From assembly GCA_964016885.1 (NCBI GenBank), contig OZ024741.1:265360001-265424000 (forward strand): DNA of 64,000 nt, read 5' to 3'. The notes under the pieces were generated by a model that worked only from the letters and a program-made list of their open reading frames with translations, had not been told where the DNA came from and ran no database searches. The translations under genes were made by a program, and so were the position numbers. The DNA comes from Eledone cirrhosa (taxonomy: Eukaryota). Of this stretch, positions 1 to 15,000 are shown one piece after another (the stretch's first letter is position 1; each line of letters starts with the position of its first letter).

Positions 1-3000
1 ACCACCTGACACTGCCACCTGACACTGCCACCAAACCACTTGACCCTGCCACCAAACCACCTGACACTGCCACAAAATTACTTGACACTGCCACCAAACC
101 ACTTGACACCGCCACCAAACCTCCTGACACTGCCACCAAACCACCTGACACTGCCACCAAACCACCTGACACTGCCACCAAACCGCCTGACACTGCCACC
201 AAACCGCCTGACACTGCCACCAAACTGCCTGACACTGCCACCAAACCACTTGACACTGCCACCAAACCACCTGACACTGCCACCAAACCACCTGGCACTG
301 CCACCAAACCACTTGACCCTGCCACCAAACCACCTGACACTGCCACAAAATTACTTGACACTGCCACCAAACCACTTGACACCGCCACCAAACCACCTGA
401 CACTGCCACCAAACCACCTGACACTGCCACCAAACCACCTGACACTGCCACCAAACTGCCTGACACTGCCACCAAACCACCTGACACTGCCACAAAACTA
501 CTTGACACTGCCACCAAACCACCTGACACTGCCGCCAAACCACCTGACACTGCCACCAAACCACTTGACACTGGCACCAAACCACCTGACACTATCACCA
601 AACCACTTGACACTGCCACCAAACCACCTGACACTGCCACCAAACCACCTGACACTGCCACCAAACCACTTGACACTGCGCCAAACCACTTGACACTGCC
701 ACCAAACCACCTGACACTGCCGCCAAACCACCTGACACTGCCGCCAAATCACCTGACACTGCCGCCAAACCACCTGACACTGCCGCCAAACCCCCTGACA
801 CTGCCACCAAACCACCTGACACTGCGCCAAACCACCTGACACTGCCACCAAACCAACTGACACTACCACTAAACCACATGACACGGCCACCAAACCACCT
901 GACACTGCCACTAAACCACTTGACACTGCCACCAAACTGCCTGACACTGCCACCAAACCACCTGACACTATCACCAAACCACTTGACACTGCTACCAAAC
1001 CATCTGACACTACCACCAAACCACTTGACACTGCCACCAAACCACCTGACACTACCACCAAACCACCTGACACTGCCACCAAACCACCTGACACTGCCAC
1101 CAAACCACTTGACACTGCCACCAAACCTCCTGACACTGCCAACAAACCACCTGACACTGCCACCAAACCACTTGACACTGCTACCAAACCACCTGACACT
1201 ACCACCAAACCACTTGACACTGCCACCAAACCACCTGACACTGCCACCAAACCACCTGACACTTCCACCAAACCACCTGACACTGGGACCAAACTACTTG
1301 AAACTGCCACCAGACCACCTGACACTGCCACCAAACCACCTGACACTGCCACCAAACCACCTGACACTGCCACCAAACCACTTGACCCTGCCACCAAACC
1401 ACCTGACACTGCCACAAAATTACTTGACACTGCCACCAAACCACCTGACACTGCCACCAAACCACCTGACACTGCCACCAAACCACCTGACACTGCCACC
1501 AAACTGCCTGACACTGCCACCAAACCACCTGACACTGCCACAAAACTACTTGACACTGCCACCAAACCACTTGACACTGCCTCCAAACCACCTGACACTG
1601 CCACCAAACCACCTGACACTGCCACCAAACCACTTGACACTGCCACCAAAACACCTGACACTACCACCAAACCACATGACACTGCCACCAAACCACCTGA
1701 CACTGCCACCAAACCACTTGACACTGCCTCCAAACCACCTGCCACTGCCACTAAACCACTTGACACTGCCACCAAACCACTTGACACTGACACTGCCACC
1801 AAACCACCTGACACTATCACCAAACCACTTGACACTGCCACCAAACCACCTGACACTGCCACCAAACCACTTGACACTGACACTACCACCAAACCACCTG
1901 ACACTGCCACCAAACCACTTGACACTGCGCCAAACCACTTGACACTGCCACCAAACCACCTGACACTGCCACCAAACCACCTGACACTGCCGCCAAACCA
2001 CCTGACACTGCCACCAAACCACCTGACACTGCCGCCAAACCACATGACACTGCCGCCAAACCTCCTGACACTGCCGCCAAACCACTTGACACTGCCACCA
2101 AACCACCTGACACTGCCACCAAACCACCTGACACTGCGCCAAACCACCTGACACTGCCACCAAACCAACTGACACTACCACCAAACCACCTGACACTGCC
2201 ACCAAACCACCTGACACTGCCACCAAACCACCTGACACTGCCACCAAACCACTTGACACTGCCACCAAACCACTTGACACTGCCACCAAACCTCCTGACA
2301 CTGCCACCAAACCACTTGACACTGCCACCAAACCACCTGACACTGCCACCAAACCTCCTGACACTGCCACCAAACCACCTGACACTGCCACCAAACCACA
2401 TGACACTGCCACCAAACCACTTGACACTGCCACCAAACCACCTGACACTGCCACCAAACCACTTCACACTGCCATCAAACCACTTGACACTGCCACCAAA
2501 CTGCCTGACACTGCCACCAAACCACTTGACACTGCCACCAAACCACTTGACACTGCCACCAAACCACCTGACACTGCCACCAAACCACCTGACACTGCCA
2601 CCAAACCACCTGACACTGCCACCAAACTGCCTGACACTGCCACCAAACCACCTGACACTGCCACAAAACTACTTGACACTGCCACCAAACCACTTGACAC
2701 TGCCTCCAAACCACCTGACACTGCCACCAAACCACCTGACACTGCCACTAAACCACTTGACACTGCCACCAAAACACCTGACACTACCACCAAACCACAT
2801 GACACTGCCACCAAACCACCTGACACTGCCACCAAACCACTTGACACTGCCTCCAAACCACCTGCCACTGCCACTAAACCACTTGACACTGCCACCAAAC
2901 CACTTGACACTGACACTGCCACCAAACCACCTGACACTATCACCAAACCACTTGACACTGCCACCAAACCACCTGACACTGCCACCAAACCACTTGACAC

Positions 3001-6000
3001 TGACACTACCACCAAACCACCTGACACTGCCACCAAACCACTTGACACTGCGCCAAACCACTTGACACTGCCACCAAACCACCTGACACTGCCACCAAAC
3101 CACCTGACACTGCCGCCAAACCACCTGACACTGCCGCCAAACCACCTGACACTGCCGCCAAACCACATGACACTGCCGCCAAACCTCCTGACACTGCCGC
3201 CAAACCACTTGACACTGCCACCAAACCAGCTGACACTGCCACCAAACCACCTGACACTGCGCCAAACCACCTGACACTGCCACCAAACCAACTGACACTA
3301 CCACCAAACCACCTGACACTGCCACCAAACCACCTGACACTGCCACCAAACCACTTGACACTGCCACCAAACCACTTGACACTGCCACCAAACCTCCTGA
3401 CACTGCCACCAAACCACTTGACACTGCCACCAAACCACCTGACTGCCACCAAACCTCCTGACACTGCCACCAAACCACCTGACACTGCCACCAAACCACT
3501 TGACACTGCCACCAAACCACCTGACACTACCACCAAACCACTTGACACTGCCACCAAACCACCTGACACTGCCACCAAACCACCTGACACTGGGACCAAA
3601 CTACTTGAAATTGCCACCAGACCACCTGACACTGCCACCAAACCACCTGACACTGCCACCAAACCACCTGACACTGCCACAAAATTACTTGACACTGCCA
3701 CCAAACCACCTGACACTGCCACCAAACCACCTGACACTGCCACCAAACCACCTGACACTGCCACCAAACCACCTGACACTGCCACCAAACCGCCTGACAC
3801 TGCCACCAAACCACCTGACACTGCCACAAAACTACTTGACACTGCCGCCAAACCACCTGACACTGCTACCAAACCACATGACACTGCCACCAAACCACCT
3901 GACACTACCACCAAACCACCTGACACTGCCACCAAACCAACTGACACTACCACTAAACCACATGACACGGCCACCAAACCACCTGACACTGCCACTAAAC
4001 CACTTGACACTGCCACCAAACCACCTGACACTATCACCAAACCACTTGACACTGCCTCCAAACCACCTGACACTGCCACCAAACCACCTGACACTGCGCC
4101 AAACCACCTGACACTGCCACCAAACCAACTGACACTACCACTAAACCACCTGATACTGCCACCAAACCAACTGACACTACCACTAAACCACATGACACGG
4201 CCACCAAACCACCTGACACTGCCACTAAACCACTTGACACTGCCACCAAACCACTTGACACTGCCACCAAACCACTTGACACTGCCACCAAACCTCCTGA
4301 CACTGCCACCAAACCACTTGACACTGCCACCAAACCACCTGACACTGCCACCAAACCTCCTGACACTGCCACCAAACCACCTGACACTGCCACCAAACCA
4401 TCTGACACTGCCACCAAACCACTTGACACTGCCACCAAACCACCTGACACTGCCACCAAACCACCTGACACTGCCACCAAACCACCTAACACTGGGACCA
4501 AACTACTTGAAACTGCCACCAAACCACCTGACACTGCCACCAAACCACCTGACACTGCCACCAAACCACCTGACACTGCCACCAAACCACATGACACTGC
4601 CACCAAACCACCTGACACTGCAACCAAACCACTTGACACTGCCTCCAAACCACCTGACACTGCCACCAAACCACCTGACACTGCCACCTGACACTGCCAC
4701 CAAACCACTTGACCCTGCCACCAAACCACCTGACACTGCCACAAAATTACTTGACACTGCCACCAAACCACTTGACACCGCCACCAAACCTCCTGACACT
4801 GCCACCAAACCACCTGACACTGCCACCAAACCACCTGACACTGCCACCAAACCGCCTGACACTGCCACCAAACCGCCTGACACTGCCACCAAACTGCCTG
4901 ACACTGCCACCAAACCACTTGACACTGCCACCAAACCACCTGACACTGCCACCAAACCACCTGGCACTGCCACCAAACCACTTGACCCTGCCACCAAACC
5001 ACCTGACACTGCCACAAAATTACTTGACACTGCCACCAAACCACTTGACACCGCCACCAAACCACCTGACACTGCCACCAAACCACCTGACACTGCCACC
5101 AAACCACCTGACACTGCCACCAAACTGCCTGACACTGCCACCAAACCACCTGACACTGCCACAAAACTACTTGACACTGCCACCAAACCACCTGACACTG
5201 CCGCCAAACCACCTGACACTGCCACCAAACCACATGACACTGCCACCAAACCACCTGACACTATCACCAAACCACTTGACACTGCCTCCAAACCACCTGA
5301 CACTGCGACCAAACCACCTGACACTGCGCCAAACCACCTGACACTGCCACCAAACCAACTGACACTACCACTAAACCACCTGACACTGACACTACCACTA
5401 AATCACTTGACACGGCCACCAAACCACCTGACACTGCCACTAAACCACTTGACACTGCCACTAAACCACTTGACACTGCCACCAAACCACTTGACACTGC
5501 CACCAAGCCACTTGACACTGCCACCAAACCTCCTGACACTGTCACCAAACCACTTGACACTGCCACCAAACCACCTGACACTGCCACCAAACCTCCTGAC
5601 ACTGCCACCAAACCACCTGACACTGCCACCAAACCACCTGACACTGCCACTAAACCACTTGACACTGCCACCAAACCACTTGACACTGCCACCAAACCTC
5701 CTGACACTGCCACCAAACCACTTGACACTGCCACCAAACCACCTGACACTGCCACCAAACTGCCTGACACTGCCACCAAACCACCTGACACTGCCACCAA
5801 ACCACCTGACACTGCCACCAAACCACTTGACACTGCCACCAAACCACCTGACACTGCCACCAAACCACTTGACACTGCCACCAAACCACTTGACACTGCC
5901 ACCAAACCTCCTGACACTGCCACCAAACCACTTGACACTGCCACCAAACCACCTGACACTGCCACCAAACCTCCTGACACTGCCACCAAACCACCTGACA

Positions 6001-9000
6001 CTGCCACCAAACCACATGACACTGCCACCAAACCACCTGACACTGCCACCAAACCACCTGACACTGCCACCAAACCACTTGACACTGCCATCAAACCACT
6101 TGACACTGCCACCAAACTGCCTGACACTGCCACCAAACCACTTGACACTGCCACCAAACCACTTGACACTGCCACCAAACCACCTGACACTGCCACCAAA
6201 CCACCTGACACTGCCACCAAACCACCTGACACTGCCACCAAACTGCCTGACACTGCCACCAAACCACCTGACACTGCCACAAAACTACTTGACACTGCCA
6301 CCAAACCACTTGACACTGCCTCCAAACCACCTGACACTGCCACCAAACCACCTGACACTGCCACTGAACCACTTGACACTGCCACCAAAACACCTGACAC
6401 TACCACCAAACCACATGACACTGCCACCAAACCACCTGACACTGCCACCAAACCACTTGACACTGCCTCCAAACCACCTGCCACTGCCACTAAACCACTT
6501 GACACTGCCACCAAACCACTTGACACTGACACTGCCACCAAACCACCTGACACTATCACCAAACCACTTGACACTGCCACCAAACCACCTGACACTGCCA
6601 CCAAACCACTTGACACTGACACTACCACCAAACCACCTGACACTGCCACCAAACCACTTGACACTGCGCCAAACCACTTGACACTGCCACCAAACCACCT
6701 GACACTGCCGCCAAACCACCTGACACTGCCGCCAAACCACCTGACACTGCCGCCAACCCACCTGACACTGCCGCCAAACCTCCTGACACTGCCGCCAAAC
6801 CACTTGACACTGCCACCAAACCACCTGACACTGCCACCAAACCACCTGACACTGCGCCAAACCACCTGACACTGCCACCAAACCAACTGACACTACCACC
6901 AAACCACCTGACACTGCCACCAAACCACCTGACACTGCCACCAAACCACTTGACACTGCCACCAAACCACTTGAAACTGCCACCAAACCTCCTGACACTG
7001 CCACCAAACCACTTGACACTGCCACCAAACCACCTGACACTGCCACCAAACCTCCTGACACTGCCACCAAACCACCTGACACTGCCACCAAACCACTTGA
7101 CACTGCCACCAAACCACCTGACACTACCACCAAACCACTTGACACTGCCACCAAACCACCTGACACTGCCACCAAACCACCTGACACTGGGACCAAACTA
7201 CTTGAAATTGCCACCAGACCACCTGACACTGCCACCAAACCACCTGACACTGCCACCAAACCACCTGACACTGCCACAAAATTACTTGACACTGCCACCA
7301 AACCACCTGACACTGCCACCAAACCACCTGACACTGCCACCAAACCACCTGACACTGCCACCAAACCACCTGACACTGCCACCAAACCACCTGACACTGC
7401 CACCAAACCGCCTGACACTGCCACCAAACCACCTGACACTGCCACAAAACTACTTGACACTGCCGCCAAACCACCTGACACTGCTACCAAACCACATGAC
7501 ACTGCCACCAAACCACCTGACACTGCCACCAAACCACTTGACACTGCCTCCAAACCACCTGACACTGCCACCAAACCACCTGACACTGCGCCAAACCACC
7601 TGACACTGCCACCAAACCAACTGACACTACCACTAAACCACATGACACGGCCACCAAACCACCTGACACTGCCACTAAACCACTTGACACTGCCACCAAA
7701 CCACTTGACACTGCCACCAAACCACCTGACACTATCACCAAACCACTTGACACTGCCTCCAAACCACCTGACACTGCCACCAAACCACCTGACACTGCGC
7801 CAAACCACCTGACACTGCCACCAAACCAACTGACACTACCACTAAACCACCTGATACTGCCACCAAACCAACTGACACTACCACTAAACCACATGACACG
7901 GCCACCAAACCACCTGACACTGCCAATAAACCACTTGACACTGCCACCAAACCACTTGACACTGCCACCAAACCACTTGACACTGCCACCAAACCTCCTG
8001 ACACTGCCACCAAACCACTTGACACTGCCACCAAACCACCTGACACTGCCACCAAACCTCCTGACACTGCCACCAAACCACCTGACACTGCCACCAAACC
8101 ATCTGACACTGCCACCAAACCACTTGACACTGCCACCAAACCACCTGACACTGCCACCAAACCACCTGACACTGCCACCAAACCACCTAACACTGGGACC
8201 AAACTACTTGAAACTGCCACCAAACCACCTGACACTGCCACCAAACCACCTGACACTGCCACCAAACCACCTGACACTGCCACCAAACCACATGACACTG
8301 CCACCAAACCACCTGACACTGCAACCAAACCACTTGACACTGCCTCCAAACCACCTGACACTGCCACCAAACCACCTGACACTGCCACCAAACCACTTGA
8401 CCCTGCCACCAAACCACCTGACACTGCCACAAAATTACTTGACACTGCCACCAAACCACTTGACACCGCCACCAAACCTCCTGACACTGCCACCAAACCA
8501 CCTGACACTGCCACCAAACCACCTGACACTGCCACCAAACCGCCTGACACTGCCACCAAACCGCCTGACACTGCCACCAAACTGCCTGACACTGCCACCA
8601 AACCACTTGACACTGCCACCAAACCACCTGACACTGCCACCAAACCACCTGACACTGCCACCAAACTGCCTGACACTGCCACCAAACCACCTGACACTGC
8701 CACAAAACTACTTGACACTGCCACCAAACCACTTGACACTGCCTCCAAACCACCTGACACTGCCACCAAACCACCTGACACTGCCACCAAACCACTTGAC
8801 ACTGCCACCAAAACACCTGACACTACCACCAAACCACATGACACTGCCACCAAACCACCTGACACTGCCACCAAACCACTTGACACTGCCTCCAAACCAC
8901 CTGCCACTGCCACTAAACCACTTGACACTGCCACCAAACCACTTGACACTGACACTGCCACCAAACCACCTGACACTATCACCAAACCACTTGACACTGC

Positions 9001-12000
9001 CACCAAACCACCTGACACTGCCACCAAACCACTTGACACTGACACTACCACCAAACCACCTGACACTGCCACCAAACCACTTGACACTGCGCCAAACCAC
9101 TTGACACTGCCACCAAACCACCTGACACTGCCACCAAACCACCTGACACTGCCGCCAAACCACCTGACACTGCCACCAAACCACCTGACACTGCCGCCAA
9201 ACCACATGACACTGCCGCCAAACCTCCTGACACTGCCGCCAAACCACTTGACACTGCCACCAAACCACCTGACACTGCCACCAAACCACCTGACACTGCG
9301 CCAAACCACCTGACACTGCCACCAAACCAACTGACACTACCACCAAACCACCTGACACTGCCACCAAACCACCTGACACTGCCACCAAACCACCTGACAC
9401 TGCCACCAAACCACTTGACACTGCCACCAAACCACTTGACACTGCCACCAAACCTCCTGACACTGCCACCAAACCACTTGACACTGCCACCAAACCACCT
9501 GACACTGCCACCAAACCTCCTGACACTGCCACCAAACCACCTGACACTGCCACCAAACCACATGACACTGCCACCAAACCACTTGACACTGCCACCAAAC
9601 CACCTGACACTGCCACCAAACCACTTCACACTGCCATCAAACCACTTGACACTGCCACCAAACTGCCTGACACTGCCACCAAACCACTTGACACTGCCAC
9701 CAAACCACTTGACACTGCCACCAAACCACCTGACACTGCCACCAAACCACCTGACACTGCCACCAAACCACCTGACACTGCCACCAAACTGCCTGACACT
9801 GCCACCAAACCACCTGACACTGCCACAAAACTACTTGACACTGCCACCAAACCACTTGACACTGCCTCCAAACCACCTGACACTGCCACCAAACCACCTG
9901 ACACTGCCACTAAACCACTTGACACTGCCACCAAACCACATGACACTGCCACCAAACCACCTGACACTGCCACCAAACCACTTGACACTGCCTCCAAACC
10001 ACCTGCCACTGCCACTAAACCACTTGACACTGCCACCAAACCACTTGACACTGACACTGCCACCAAACCACCTGACACTATCACCAAACCACTTGACACT
10101 GCCACCAAACCACCTGACACTGCCACCAAACCACTTGACACTGACACTACCACCAAACCACCTGACACTGCCACCAAACCACTTGACACTGCGCCAAACC
10201 ACTTGACACTGCCACCAAACCACCTGACACTGCCACCAAACCACCTGACACTGCCGCCAAACCACCTGACACTGCCGCCAAACCACCTGACACTGCCGCC
10301 AAACCACATGACACTGCCGCCAAACCTCCTGACACTGCCGCCAAACCACTTGACACTGCCACCAAACCAGCTGACACTGCCACCAAACCACCTGACACTG
10401 CGCCAAACCACCTGACACTGCCACCAAACCAACTGACACTACCACCAAACCACCTGACACTGCCACCAAACCACCTGACACTGCCACCAAACCACTTGAC
10501 ACTGCCACCAAACCACTTGACACTGCCACCAAACCTCCTGACACTGCCACCAAACCACTTGACACTGCCACCAAACCACCTGACTGCCACCAAACCTCCT
10601 GACACTGCCACCAAACCACCTGACACTGCCACCAAACCACTTGACACTGCCACCAAACCACCTGACACTACCACCAAACCACTTGACACTGCCACCAAAC
10701 CACCTGACACTGCCACCAAACCACCTGACACTGGGACCAAACTACTTGAAATTGCCACCAGACCACCTGACACTGCCACCAAACCACCTGACACTGCCAC
10801 AAAATTACTTGACACTGCCACCAAACCACCTGACACTGCCACCAAACCACCTGACACTGCCACCAAACCACCTGACACTGCCACCAAACCACCTGACACT
10901 GCCACCAAACCACCTGACACTGCCACCAAACCGCCTGACACTGCCACCAAACCACCTGACACTGCCACAAAACTACTTGACACTGCCGCCAAACCACCTG
11001 ACACTGCTACCAAACCACATGACACTGCCACCAAACCACCTGACACTACCACCAAACCACCTGACACTGCCACCAAACCAACTGACACTACCACTAAACC
11101 ACATGACACGGCCACCAAACCACCTGACACTGCCACTAAACCACTTGACACTGCCACCAAACCACCTGACACTATCACCAAACCACTTGACACTGCCTCC
11201 AAACCACCTGACACTGCCACCAAACCACCTGACACTGCGCCAAACCACCTGACACTGCCACCAAACCAACTGACACTACCACTAAACCACCTGATACTGC
11301 CACCAAACCAACTGACACTACCACTAAACCACATGACACGGCCACCAAACCACCTGACACTGCCACTAAACCACTTGACACTGCCACCAAACCACTTGAC
11401 ACTGCCACCAAACCACTTGACACTGCCACCAAACCTCCTGACACTGCCACCAAACCACTTGACACTGCCACCAAACCACCTGACACTGCCACCAAACCTC
11501 CTGACACTGCCACCAAACCACCTGACACTGCCACCAAACCATCTGACACTGCCACCAAACCACTTGACACTGCCACCAAACCACCTGACACTGCCACCAA
11601 ACCACCTGACACTGCCACCAAACCACCTAACACTGGGACCAAACTACTTGAAACTGCCACCAAACCACCTGACACTGCCACCAAACCACCTGACACTGCC
11701 ACCAAACCACCTGACACTGCCACCAAACCACATGACACTGCCACCAAACCACCTGACACTGCAACCAAACCACTTGACACTGCCTCCAAACCACCTGACA
11801 CTGCCACCAAACCACCTGACACTGCCACCTGACACTGCCACCAAACCACTTGACCCTGCCACCAAACCACCTGACACTGCCACAAAATTACTTGACACTG
11901 CCACCAAACCACTTGACACCGCCACCAAACCTCCTGACACTGCCACCAAACCACCTGACACTGCCACCAAACCACCTGACACTGCCACCAAACCGCCTGA

Positions 12001-15000
12001 CACTGCCACCAAACCGCCTGACACTGCCACCAAACTGCCTGACACTGCCACCAAACCACTTGACACTGCCACCAAACCACCTGACACTGCCACCAAACCA
12101 CCTGGCACTGCCACCAAACCACTTGACCCTGCCACCAAACCACCTGACACTGCCACAAAATTACTTGACACTGCCACCAAACCACTTGACACCGCCACCA
12201 AACCACCTGACACTGCCACCAAACCACCTGACACTGCCACCAAACCACCTGACACTGCCACCAAACTGCCTGACACTGCCACCAAACCACCTGACACTGC
12301 CACAAAACTACTTGACACTGCCACCAAACCACCTGACACTGCCGCCAAACCACCTGACACTGCCACCAAACCACATGACACTGCCACCAAACCACCTGAC
12401 ACTATCACCAAACCACTTGACACTGCCTCCAAACCACCTGACACTGCGACCAAACCACCTGACACTGCGCCAAACCACCTGACACTGCCACCAAACCAAC
12501 TGACACTACCACTAAACCACCTGACACTGACACTACCACTAAATCACTTGACACGGCCACCAAACCACCTGACACTGCCACTAAACCACTTGACACTGCC
12601 ACTAAACCACTTGACACTGCCACCAAACCACTTGACACTGCCACCAAGCCACTTGACACTGCCACCAAACCTCCTGACACTGTCACCAAACCACTTGACA
12701 CTGCCACCAAACCACCTGACACTGCCACCAAACCTCCTGACACTGCCACCAAACCACCTGACACTGCCACCAAACCACCTGACACTGCCACTAAACCACT
12801 TGACACTGCCACCAAACCACTTGACACTGCCACCAAACCTCCTGACACTGCCACCAAACCACTTGACACTGCCACCAAACCACCTGACACTGCCACCAAA
12901 CTGCCTGACACTGCCACCAAACCACCTGACACTGCCACCAAACCACCTGACACTGCCACCAAACCACTTGACACTGCCACCAAACCACCTGACACTGCCA
13001 CCAAACCACTTGACACTGCCACCAAACCACTTGACACTGCCACCAAACCTCCTGACACTGCCACCAAACCACTTGACACTGCCACCAAACCACCTGACAC
13101 TGCCACCAAACCTCCTGACACTGCCACCAAACCACCTGACACTGCCACCAAACCACATGACACTGCCACCAAACCACCTGACACTGCCACCAAACCACCT
13201 GACACTGCCACCAAACCACTTGACACTGCCATCAAACCACTTGACACTGCCACCAAACTGCCTGACACTGCCACCAAACCACTTGACACTGCCACCAAAC
13301 CACTTGACACTGCCACCAAACCACCTGACACTGCCACCAAACCACCTGACACTGCCACCAAACCACCTGACACTGCCACCAAACTGCCTGACACTGCCAC
13401 CAAACCACCTGACACTGCCACAAAACTACTTGACACTGCCACCAAACCACTTGACACTGCCTCCAAACCACCTGACACTGCCACCAAACCACCTGACACT
13501 GCCACTGAACCACTTGACACTGCCACCAAAACACCTGACACTACCACCAAACCACATGACACTGCCACCAAACCACCTGACACTGCCACCAAACCACTTG
13601 ACACTGCCTCCAAACCACCTGCCACTGCCACTAAACCACTTGACACTGCCACCAAACCACTTGACACTGACACTGCCACCAAACCACCTGACACTATCAC
13701 CAAACCACTTGACACTGCCACCAAACCACCTGACACTGCCACCAAACCACTTGACACTGACACTACCACCAAACCACCTGACACTGCCACCAAACCACTT
13801 GACACTGCGCCAAACCACTTGACACTGCCACCAAACCACCTGACACTGCCGCCAAACCACCTGACACTGCCGCCAAACCACCTGACACTGCCGCCAAACC
13901 ACCTGACACTGCCGCCAAACCTCCTGACACTGCCGCCAAACCACTTGACACTGCCACCAAACCACCTGACACTGCCACCAAACCACCTGACACTGCGCCA
14001 AACCACCTGACACTGCCACCAAACCAACTGACACTACCACCAAACCACCTGACACTGCCACCAAACCACCTGACACTGCCACCAAACCACTTGACACTGC
14101 CACCAAACCACTTGAAACTGCCACCAAACCTCCTGACACTGCCACCAAACCACTTGACACTGCCACCAAACCACCTGACACTGCCACCAAACCTCCTGAC
14201 ACTGCCACCAAACCACCTGACACTGCCACCAAACCACTTGACACTGCCACCAAACCACCTGACACTACCACCAAACCACTTGACACTGCCACCAAACCAC
14301 CTGACACTGCCACCAAACCACCTGACACTGGGACCAAACTACTTGAAATTGCCACCAGACCACCTGACACTGCCACCAAACCACCTGACACTGCCACCAA
14401 ACCACCTGACACTGCCACAAAATTACTTGACACTGCCACCAAACCACCTGACACTGCCACCAAACCACCTGACACTGCCACCAAACCACCTGACACTGCC
14501 ACCAAACCACCTGACACTGCCACCAAACCACCTGACACTGCCACCAAACCGCCTGACACTGCCACCAAACCACCTGACACTGCCACAAAACTACTTGACA
14601 CTGCCGCCAAACCACCTGACACTGCTACCAAACCACATGACACTGCCACCAAACCACCTGACACTGCCACCAAACCACTTGACACTGCCTCCAAACCACC
14701 TGACACTGCCACCAAACCACCTGACACTGCGCCAAACCACCTGACACTGCCACCAAACCAACTGACACTACCACTAAACCACATGACACGGCCACCAAAC
14801 CACCTGACACTGCCACTAAACCACTTGACACTGCCACCAAACCACTTGACACTGCCACCAAACCACCTGACACTATCACCAAACCACTTGACACTGCCTC
14901 CAAACCACCTGACACTGCCACCAAACCACCTGACACTGCGCCAAACCACCTGACACTGCCACCAAACCAACTGACACTACCACTAAACCACCTGATACTG